NCBI GenBank assembly: GCA_947646415.1
Contig: CANSGN010000010.1
Coordinates: forward strand, 1,399-65,398
Source: an uncultured Clostridia bacterium
GTDB taxonomy: Bacteria > Bacillota > Clostridia > Christensenellales > UBA3700
Reading direction: 5' to 3'
DNA: 64,000 bases
The notes below the pieces were generated by a model. It had not been told where the DNA came from. It worked only from the letters and a program-made list of their open reading frames with translations, and made no database searches. Positions 56,638-64,000 of this stretch are shown in pieces (the stretch's first letter is position 1; every line of letters starts with the position of its first letter). A program made the position numbers and the translations under genes.

Positions 56638-56716
56638 CTAAACTTTAGGTTTAGCAAAAATTGTTTTACTAAACTTTTGGTTTAATATTATAAAATTCAT
56701 TAAACTTGAAGTTTAG
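56638..56716 (+). promoter_or_regulatory. Three phased 17-bp palindromic operator candidates (YTAAAC-N5-GTTTAR)
   Basis: CTAAACTTTAGGTTTAG (56638-56654), CTAAACTTTTGGTTTAA (56669-56685) and TTAAACTTGAAGTTTAG (56700-56716). Spacing is exactly 31 bp. Confidence 0.65.
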
Positions 56717-56748
56717 TATGTAAAACCAAAGTAGTTAAGGAGTTAAAT

Positions 56749-57282
56749 ATGGAAATAGGCTCAAAAATAAAAAGACTAAGGTTGCAACTTTCGCTCACGC
56801 AGTCCGAGCTTGCGGACAGATGCGAACTTACAAAAGGATATATATCGCAGCTTGAAAACGACTTGACAAGCCCGTCAATCTCAACGCTTATAGATATATT
56901 GTCCGCACTTGGTACGGATGCTCAAACTTTTTTTAAAGAAGAAGAAGACGAACAGGTAGTTTTTACCGAAAACGATTTTATCGTAAAGGATAGCTTGGAG
57001 CAGGAAAAAATATGGCTAGTACCAAACTGTCAAAAAAACGAAATGGAACCTTTGTTGGTTACCATAAAACCAAAATACTCACTACCCGGAGATATGCCGC
57101 ATGAGGGGGAGGAATTCGGGTATGTTTTATCAGGTAAAATTATACTGCATTTAGGCAAAAACAGTTATACGGTAAAAGCTAAGGAAAGTTTTTACTTTGT
57201 ATCGGACAAATTACACTATATTGAAAATGCGAGCAATATCCCCGCAAAAATAATTTGGATATCAAGTCCACCTACTTTTTAA
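56749..57282 (+). CDS. XRE-HTH plus cupin-domain transcriptional regulator (PuuR-like architecture)
   Basis: 177 aa. The N-terminal HTH reads IKRLRLQLSLTQSELADRCELTKGYISQLEND. The C-terminal cupin reads HEGEEFGYVLSGKIILHLG. Confidence 0.8.
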   Translation: MEIGSKIKRLRLQLSLTQSELADRCELTKGYISQLENDLTSPSISTLIDILSALGTDAQTFFKEEEDEQVVFTENDFIVKDSLEQEKIWLVPNCQKNEMEPLLVTIKPKYSLPGDMPHEGEEFGYVLSGKIILHLGKNSYTVKAKESFYFVSDKLHYIENASNIPAKIIWISSPPTF

Positions 57283-57297
57283 TGGAGAAAAAAATAT

Positions 57298-58746
57298 ATG
57301 AGTACACTTATTGAATTGAAAGACGTTTGCAAAGCTTATGATGGTCAAAATGTTGTTGACCATGTAAATCTTAATATCGAAAAGGGAGAATTTGTTACCC
57401 TTTTAGGTCCAAGCGGTTGCGGTAAAACCACTACTTTGAGAATGATTGCCGGTTTTGAAAAACCTACCGACGGCGAAATTTTGCTTGACGGTAAATCGGT
57501 GCTTGATATTCCGCCTCATTTAAGACCTGTAAACACCGTATTTCAAAGATACGCACTTTTTCCACACTTAAATGTTTTTGACAACATTGCGTTTGGTTTG
57601 AAACTTAAGAAAAAAGAGCTTTGCCGTGAGGTAAAAGGTTTTTGGGCAAGACAAAAAGCTATTAAAGCCTTGATTTCCGAAAAAGTTAAAAAAGCTTTGA
57701 AAATTGTTGGCCTTACCGACTACGAATATAGAAATGTTACAAGCCTAAGCGGCGGTCAACAACAAAGGGTGGCTATTGCACGTGCTATCGTAAATGAGCC
57801 GCAAGTTTTGTTGTTGGACGAGCCTTTGGGTGCTTTGGACTTAAAAATGCGTCAAGAAATGCAGCTTGAACTTAAAAATATGCACCGTAGACTTGGTATT
57901 ACATTTGTTTACGTAACCCACGACCAAGAGGAGGCTCTTACAATGAGCGACCGCATTGTGGTTATGAAAAACGGTATCATACACCAAGTAGGAACACCTA
58001 TTGACATTTACAACGAGCCATCTAACGCGTTTGTTGCGGACTTTATAGGCGAATCAAATATCATAAACGGTATTATGCTTGAGGATAAGCTTGTTAGATT
58101 TGCAGGAGCGGAATTTGTTTGCGTGGACAGCGGCTTTGAAAAAAATCAAACTATCGACGTTGTTATCCGTCCGGAAGATATTTATTTGATGGACGAGGAA
58201 AAAGGTCAAATAAAAGGTGTTGTAATTTCCTCGCTATTTAAAGGTGTACACTACGAGATGAGCGTAATTGCAAACAAGGTAGAGTTTTTGATTCACTCGA
58301 CTACCGAGTGGAAGGCAGGCGAAAAAGTCAGCCTTTACATTCGTCCGGATGACATTCACATAATGAAAAAGGAAAAAAACAGCAACGTTATAAACGCTAA
58401 AGTTTTGAACGAGACAGAGATTGAATTTGCCGATGGTATATTTAATTATGACAAAAAAACCTTTGAAAATGGGGGTTTTTCCGAAAATGACTATTTGAAA
58501 GAGGAAGTAAAAATCTCCATTGACTTTGATAAAATCGACCTTACCGACTACGAGGACTCTGCACCAATCGCAGGTAATATCGTATCAAGCATTTTCAAGG
58601 GAGATAAATATCAATATGTTGTAAAATCCGATAATGGTTTCGATTTCTTTGTAGATACCGAGGACGAGTATGACAGCAATGACCGTGTGGGAATTACTAT
58701 CAAACCGGAAGACATTAAGTTGGAAAGAATTATTTCTTCCAAGTAG
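57298..58746 (+). CDS. potA: Spermidine/putrescine ABC transporter ATP-binding protein with a duplicated C-terminal TOBE-like domain
   Basis: 482 aa. Motifs: Walker [10 protein letters not shown], signature [14 protein letters not shown], Walker [12 protein letters not shown]. Two C-terminal segments resemble each other ([17 protein letters not shown]... and [17 protein letters not shown]...). Confidence 0.85.
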   Translation: MSTLIELKDVCKAYDGQNVVDHVNLNIEKGEFVTLLGPSGCGKTTTLRMIAGFEKPTDGEILLDGKSVLDIPPHLRPVNTVFQRYALFPHLNVFDNIAFGLKLKKKELCREVKGFWARQKAIKALISEKVKKALKIVGLTDYEYRNVTSLSGGQQQRVAIARAIVNEPQVLLLDEPLGALDLKMRQEMQLELKNMHRRLGITFVYVTHDQEEALTMSDRIVVMKNGIIHQVGTPIDIYNEPSNAFVADFIGESNIINGIMLEDKLVRFAGAEFVCVDSGFEKNQTIDVVIRPEDIYLMDEEKGQIKGVVISSLFKGVHYEMSVIANKVEFLIHSTTEWKAGEKVSLYIRPDDIHIMKKEKNSNVINAKVLNETEIEFADGIFNYDKKTFENGGFSENDYLKEEVKISIDFDKIDLTDYEDSAPIAGNIVSSIFKGDKYQYVVKSDNGFDFFVDTEDEYDSNDRVGITIKPEDIKLERIISSK

Positions 58747-58755
58747 GAGCAAAAA

Positions 58756-59565
58756 ATGAAAAAAATTACTATTAAAAGAAAATATCTTGCTTTTCCTTAC
58801 GCGATATTTATGTTGCTTTTTGTGCTTTTGCCTCTTGCTTTGATAGTTTTTTACGCTTTTACAAATGCGGACGGCAGCATCAGTTTGGAAAACTTTATAA
58901 ACTTTTTTACGGACGGAGTAACTTTCAACTCTTTCCTTGACTCTATTTGGATTGCCTTTATTACAACTGTTATTTGCTTTGTGATAGGCTTTCCCGTTGC
59001 TTACATTTTGGCAAACAAAAAATACAATAGGAACAAAACTTTGTTTTTGCTTTTCTTGTTGCCTATGTGGATAAACTTTTTGCTAAGAACAATCGCAACT
59101 CGTGCTATGTTCGAGGCTTTTGGCTCTTGGCTTGATATAGAGATAACTTTTGGCAAAGCGACTACTATTTTTGGTATGGTTTACAACTTTTTGCCATTTA
59201 TGATTATTCCTATTTACTCCACTCTTTCTAGTTTGGACAAAAGCTATACGGAGGCAGCGCTTGATTTGGGCGCTACACCAACAAAAGTTATTACCCGCGT
59301 TATCCTTCCGCTTGCAATACCAGGAATTATAAGCGGTATAACAATGGTATTTATGCCTACGCTTTCCACTTTCGTTATATCAGACTTGTTGGGCAACAAC
59401 TTAGTTCAACTACTTGGTAACATTATTAACTTGGAGTTTACTCAAAATTCTTGGAACTATGGCTCTGCACTTTCTATCATTCTGCTACTTCTTATGGGGC
59501 TTACAATGTTTATCGAGAAAAAGTATAACAACAAAACTCAAACTGCGGGAGGTAGGATATGGTAA
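58756..59565 (+). CDS. potB: Spermidine/putrescine ABC transporter permease
   Basis: 269 aa with 6 TM helices. The EAA loop reads YTEAALDLGATPTKVITRVILP. Confidence 0.85.
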   Translation: MKKITIKRKYLAFPYAIFMLLFVLLPLALIVFYAFTNADGSISLENFINFFTDGVTFNSFLDSIWIAFITTVICFVIGFPVAYILANKKYNRNKTLFLLFLLPMWINFLLRTIATRAMFEAFGSWLDIEITFGKATTIFGMVYNFLPFMIIPIYSTLSSLDKSYTEAALDLGATPTKVITRVILPLAIPGIISGITMVFMPTLSTFVISDLLGNNLVQLLGNIINLEFTQNSWNYGSALSIILLLLMGLTMFIEKKYNNKTQTAGGRIW

Positions 59566-60380
59566 AAAAGATTTTAGCCAAAGGCTACGTTTACTTGGTA
59601 CTTTTATTCCTTTACGCTCCTATAGCAGTATTGGTTATTTACTCCTTTACTCCTGCGGCAACTATGCAATGGCAAGGTTTCAGCCTTGAACTTTATCAAG
59701 ATTTGTTTAATCCCGCAAAAAGTGCGGATATATTGGACGCTTTGAAAAACACTTTGATTATCGCAGGAATATCCTCAATAATATCGACATTGATTGGTAT
59801 TTTTGCGGCAATAGGCATTTACAACATGAAAAACCGCTCTAAAGAGGCAATGATGACTGTAAGTAAAATACCTATGATGAACGCCGAAATAGTGACAGGT
59901 GTTTCGCTAATGCTATTGTTTTTGCTGTTTGGCATACCTTTCGGAATGGTTACCGTTATTATTGCTCACATAGTTTTTTGCACTCCTTACGTTATACTTT
60001 CCATTATGCCTAAATTGCAACAAATGGACAACAACTTGTACGAGGCTGCTTTAGATTTGGGTTGCACCCCTATGAAAGCATTATTCAAAGCGGTACTTCC
60101 TCAAATTATGTCAGGTATTGTAAGCGGTTTCTTCCTTGCATTTACACTATCTATTGATGACTTTGTTGTAACTATTTTCAACATTCAAGGTATTAACACA
60201 TTGTCAACATTTATCTATGCCGATGCTGCTAAAAATGGTTTGACACCATCTTTACGTGCACTTTCGACTATGATTCTTGTTTCAGTTTTGTTATTGCTTG
60301 TTATAGTAAATATTTTCTCTCACCGTGAGAAAAAATCAAAAAATAAAGCTGTTGCTAAAACAAAGGGGGTTAAAATATGA
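59559..60380 (+). CDS. potC: Spermidine/putrescine ABC transporter permease
   Basis: 273 aa. The EAA loop reads LYEAALDLGCTPMKALFKAVLP. It overlaps potB by 7 nt. Confidence 0.85.
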   Translation: MVKKILAKGYVYLVLLFLYAPIAVLVIYSFTPAATMQWQGFSLELYQDLFNPAKSADILDALKNTLIIAGISSIISTLIGIFAAIGIYNMKNRSKEAMMTVSKIPMMNAEIVTGVSLMLLFLLFGIPFGMVTVIIAHIVFCTPYVILSIMPKLQQMDNNLYEAALDLGCTPMKALFKAVLPQIMSGIVSGFFLAFTLSIDDFVVTIFNIQGINTLSTFIYADAAKNGLTPSLRALSTMILVSVLLLLVIVNIFSHREKKSKNKAVAKTKGVKI

Positions 60381-61954
60381 AAAACAAAAGATTAACTGTA
60401 TTGGTTTTGCTTACTTTACTCCTTGCTACTATACTTATCCCTGTACTTAGCGGTTGCAATAACAATGTGATTGTGCTTAAAGTTTACAACGCTCAAGACT
60501 ATATTCAACACGGGGAAGAAGAAAGCGTTTTAAGAGACTTTGAAAAATACTACTTGGAAAAAACAGGTCAAAAAGTTCGTATTCAATATGATACTTTTGA
60601 TACTTTGGAAAGGGCTTATACCATTATCAACAAACGTGAGGCCGAATATGATGTAATGTGTCCAAGTGACTATATCATTGAAAAAATGAAGAAAAACGAC
60701 CTTTTGATTGAGCTTGACAAAAACAAAATCCCTAACCTTTCAAATATTCCGCCTTACCTTTTGGACAGAAACTTTGACAGAGGCAACAAATACAGCGTAC
60801 CTTATATGTGGGGGACTGTAGGTATTATGTATAACACCGATAAAGTTGACGAGGAAGACGTTAAAAATTGGGGGTTGTTGTGGAATGATAAATACAAAAA
60901 CAAAATACTTATGAAAGACAGTATTCGTGACTCGGTATTTATCGCAACCATTTACGCTTACCGTGAGGAATTGGAGGAACTTGCAAAAACAGCTACTCCT
61001 GAAGAATATCGCGATAAAATAAGCGATTTGACAAACAACATTACCGCAGATAAGCTTGCACTAGTAGAAAAGGAATTGCGTACTCAATACGATATACTTT
61101 ACGCTTACGAAGTTGACAGCGGTAAAGACTCTATGATAAATGGCGAAGCTTACGTAAACCTTGCTTGGAGCGGAGACGCTGTTTGGGCAATAGAGGAAGC
61201 TTTGGCAAACGGAATAAACCTTGATTACTATATCCCGGAAGAAGGCTCTAACGTTTGGTTTGATAATTGGGTTATACCCAAGTATTCCAAAAACGTGGAT
61301 ATTGCTCACGAATTTATAAACTTTATGTGCGACCCTGACATTGCTCTTCGCAATATGGATGAGACAGGCTATACCACGGCGGTAATCTCTCCTGACATTA
61401 TAGACTATATGACTGACGAGGAAGTAGATGCAAACGACTTTACTTACCTTTTTGAAGATAACGACGGCAATATTTCAGCAGAAAATCGTGCTTTGATTGA
61501 GTACTATAACGACGAGTACGGCATAGATTTTTCCGCATTGCAAATACCGGAATTGACAATGCCTTCCACAGATAGTGCCGAAAGACTTGTCGAAATGACC
61601 GACTTTGGCGAAAAACAGGATATGGTTGTTAAAATGTGGACAAGAGTTAAAGCCTTGCCGTTGGGATTGGAAGTTAAAATATTCAGCATTTTGCTTGCTA
61701 TTTCGATTGTCGCAATTATCGCCTATTCTATTTACAAAAAAATCGCAAACAAAAAACTTGTTGCAGGCAAAATTGAACAAATGGGCAATAGCACTGCTGC
61801 AGTATCTGGCAACTTCTTTAGCAATATAAGCACTAAAACAAAAGACCTGTTTGCTACAACTAAAAAGAAGTTTACCGCTTTAAGCGATAGCTTTAAAAAC
61901 AAAAAGTCCGAAAATGATAAAATCGATAATAATGACCAGCAGGACAATAATTAA
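60377..61954 (+). CDS. potD: Polyamine-binding lipoprotein with an extra C-terminal TM helix and tail
   Basis: 525 aa. Lipobox LSGC. A PotD-like core is present (VYNAQDYI, CPSDY, VPYMWGTVGI, NVWFDNWVIPK). The TM helix IFSILLAISIVAIIAYSIY and a ~80-aa tail follow. Confidence 0.8.
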   Translation: MKNKRLTVLVLLTLLLATILIPVLSGCNNNVIVLKVYNAQDYIQHGEEESVLRDFEKYYLEKTGQKVRIQYDTFDTLERAYTIINKREAEYDVMCPSDYIIEKMKKNDLLIELDKNKIPNLSNIPPYLLDRNFDRGNKYSVPYMWGTVGIMYNTDKVDEEDVKNWGLLWNDKYKNKILMKDSIRDSVFIATIYAYREELEELAKTATPEEYRDKISDLTNNITADKLALVEKELRTQYDILYAYEVDSGKDSMINGEAYVNLAWSGDAVWAIEEALANGINLDYYIPEEGSNVWFDNWVIPKYSKNVDIAHEFINFMCDPDIALRNMDETGYTTAVISPDIIDYMTDEEVDANDFTYLFEDNDGNISAENRALIEYYNDEYGIDFSALQIPELTMPSTDSAERLVEMTDFGEKQDMVVKMWTRVKALPLGLEVKIFSILLAISIVAIIAYSIYKKIANKKLVAGKIEQMGNSTAAVSGNFFSNISTKTKDLFATTKKKFTALSDSFKNKKSENDKIDNNDQQDNN

Positions 61955-61960
61955 TGCTCA

Positions 61961-61998
61961 AAAATTCGGGTGCAAGTTAAATCTTGCACCGATTTTTA
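61961..61998 (+). terminator. pot operon terminator
   Basis: CGGGTGCAAG / CTTGCACCG followed by ATTTTT. Confidence 0.7.
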
Positions 61999-62169
61999 CT
62001 AAATATAGCGATTTTCGCAAGGTTATTTTTAATTTTCTAATGTTTTTATTTTAACTTATTTACTATTTTAGCTGCAATTTCATTGTGTCAAAAGGAGTTT
62101 TATTTTCCAGAATTATATGTGCAACATTTTTTTAACTCACGTACATGACACATGGTTTTGTTATACAAC

Positions 62170-62199
62170 AAAAAATGCCGAAATAAATTCGGCATTTTT
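62170..62199. terminator. Bidirectional terminator downstream of the GH2 gene
   Basis: A5-ATGCCGAA-ataaa-TTCGGCAT-T4. Confidence 0.7.
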
Positions 62200-62221
62200 A
62201 TTATATTCAAACATTTTAAAA

Positions 62222-64000
62222 TTATTTGAAAAACCATTTTAAAACTACGTCTTTAATATTTTTAGGGGCTAATAATACTCCTGTATTTTTTGCAATGTCA
62301 CGCACAACATTACCTTTTGAGTCGATATTTGCAACCGATTTGATACGCAATTTTTCAAGCACTTCCTGCTCTTTCATTTTGCCCACGGGAATAGTGATTT
62401 CCGCTCTACCGCCTGCCATAATATCAAAATAGTTATTGCTAAACGGCGTTTTTGTGTTTTCCATAGAAAGTGCAACATATCTTGCAAATTTTTCCGCCTG
62501 TATACTTATTTTTGCAATGCCCTTCCTGCAAACCACACCCACTTTTAACTTAGGGTCAGGTAGCATAGCAAGTTTGTTTTGCACAAACAAAAAATCTTCC
62601 GCCGCTATTATTCTGCCCGACTTATCCGTAAGCTGTGCAACAAAAACAATCTCTCTTTCTTTACCTGTTACAACTTCCTTTAAATCCAATGTTGCTATAG
62701 TGCTGTTTTGATTTCCGGCAATCTCCACATTAAGTTCCCCGTTTGACATTACTATGCCGTCAAAGTCCTCAATTCTCCAATTTAAATTGCATTCCTCACT
62801 AATATTTACATCCGAGCTTAAATCGACTTTTACCACGCCTTTATTACAAGTAACCGTCATTAAGATAGGGGAAAATACTTTTTTTAATTTGTACATTACC
62901 GCTTTGTAATGCCCCAAATAATCAATAGCAGAGCAATCTATACCCGCCCAACAGTCATTTAACGAGGTCATTATTACTCCTCGGCATTTTGACATATTGC
63001 GTCTTAAATGCTCTATCATTTCAGTATAGTATTCCGCTTGAGTCAGTTGCGAATAATATATCAAATCAGACATACTTCTCGGTACTCTAAATCTTGACGA
63101 AATATAGTAAAGCATTTTATTGTTTCCGTCACGATACTTTTGCCTTTTTTCAAGCTCCAATCCGGATATGGTAAATTGCTTTTTGGATATAAATTCGTCA
63201 AATACATTTGAGCTTGGCATTGACGGCATACCGAACTCGCCGCAAAACCTAGGAGTATGTTTGCCTAATTTTTGCATAGACCTCATACCGCCCCAAACTT
63301 CCCACATGTTTGTGATTCCGTTTTTGTAGTTGTTAACCTTATCACAAAATTTGCCCGAAAGCGGAGAGGACGGAATATACAAGAAATCGCACCCCATATT
63401 TTTAATTCTTTCAGGGATTTTTTTATAAAACACGTCAAAAATCGCACCTTTTAATGGTTTTTTACCAAATGTCCTTGATAGTTTGTTCTCCATTTCGTAG
63501 CTACCGCATAGCAAAACTACCGACGGATGATAGTGCATTTTTGTTAAGTTATATTTTATTTCCTTATCGACATTGGCAGAAAAATCTTGGTTTTCAAACG
63601 GATAAATCATGCCCGCAAAAGGCATATCTTGCCATACCATTATACCCCTTTCGTCGCACATAGTGTAAAATTCGTCAGGCATATATCCGTTGCCTGCAAA
63701 CACTCTTATTAAGTTTGCGTTTATATTGATTATGCTATCCAAATAGCTTTCCATCTTCTTTTTATTAAAAAGCGATGACATGCTGTCAAGCGGCATTAAA
63801 GTAACACCTTTTACAAAAACCTTTTCGCCGTTTAAAACTATTCCGAACTTTTTGTAGCTGTCTACTTCTTCCTCTTCAAACCTAATGTCTTTTAAGCCGT
63901 AATTGAATGTTTTGCTATCTATTATTTCGTCATTTTTTAACAAATCAAGCGAAATTTTATAAAGTGCGGGTTTTTGAACTTTTGTGTAAATATCCCAAAG
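62222..64000 (-). CDS. GH2 beta-mannosidase-like glycosidase, 5'-truncated by the window edge
   Basis: The reading frame stays open from 63943 to 64000 (LWDIYTKVQKPALYKISLD...), so the TTG start in the ORF track is not the real start. The segment RVFAGNGYMPDEFYTMCDERGIMVWQDMPFAG resembles the beta-mannosidase catalytic-domain pattern. Confidence 0.75.
   Translation of the reverse strand, partial: LWDIYTKVQKPALYKISLDLLKNDEIIDSKTFNYGLKDIRFEEEEVDSYKKFGIVLNGEKVFVKGVTLMPLDSMSSLFNKKKMESYLDSIININANLIRVFAGNGYMPDEFYTMCDERGIMVWQDMPFAGMIYPFENQDFSANVDKEIKYNLTKMHYHPSVVLLCGSYEMENKLSRTFGKKPLKGAIFDVFYKKIPERIKNMGCDFLYIPSSPLSGKFCDKVNNYKNGITNMWEVWGGMRSMQKLGKHTPRFCGEFGMPSMPSSNVFDEFISKKQFTISGLELEKRQKYRDGNNKMLYYISSRFRVPRSMSDLIYYSQLTQAEYYTEMIEHLRRNMSKCRGVIMTSLNDCWAGIDCSAIDYLGHYKAVMYKLKKVFSPILMTVTCNKGVVKVDLSSDVNISEECNLNWRIEDFDGIVMSNGELNVEIAGNQNSTIATLDLKEVVTGKEREIVFVAQLTDKSGRIIAAEDFLFVQNKLAMLPDPKLKVGVVCRKGIAKISIQAEKFARYVALSMENTKTPFSNNYFDIMAGGRAEITIPVGKMKEQEVLEKLRIKSVANIDSKGNVVRDIAKNTGVLLAPKNIKDVVLKWFFK

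Overview
This is an AT-rich, low-GC Firmicutes-type chromosomal segment, Clostridia-like or a reduced-genome gut lineage. It uses the standard code 11, and TGA is used as a stop. Coding density is about 85%.

Most of the window is housekeeping or carbohydrate and transport metabolism:
- nrdDG, preceded by NrdR boxes
- tex, an acyl-CoA ligase and an MMPL transporter
- two polar-amino-acid ABC operons
- GH13, GH2 LacZ and a GH2 beta-mannosidase-like gene that runs off the right edge
- gltX-mrnC-rlmB, radC, a PepV-like dipeptidase and pdxS
- a YbiT-like ABC-F ATPase and adenine deaminase
- cysE-cysS behind a Cys T-box
- trxA and an XRE-cupin regulator with potABCD
- three very large surface proteins: two BspA-type LRR lipoproteins and one GLUG / Listeria-Bacteroides-repeat protein

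The clearly non-ordinary part is 2050-4815. It sits directly 3' of a tRNA-Arg(ACG). It is a 1124-bp tandem array of a translationally coupled two-gene cassette. The larger gene (about 205 aa) has a MuF-like Cys/His knuckle and a variable C-terminal half. The smaller gene (120-122 aa) has a DUF4926-like N-terminus. There are two full cassettes plus a 5'-truncated remnant that leaves an orphan small gene. The copies show a localized hypervariable patch and mosaic (recombinant) small genes. I read this as a polymorphic toxin/immunity-like or TA-like cassette array.

Other items worth a second look:
- an archaeal-type phosphoglycerate mutase fused through an acidic linker and a TM helix to a ~530-aa extracellular domain
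- a class-II Fic gene bracketed by perfect 45-bp direct repeats built from three 12-nt iterons
- an apparently circularly permuted amino-acid binding lipoprotein
- large lineage-specific insertions in three ABC ATPases
- a pseudo-receiver OmpR-type regulator
- several sets of phased operator-like repeats

All family calls come from motif recognition by eye. No database search was possible.
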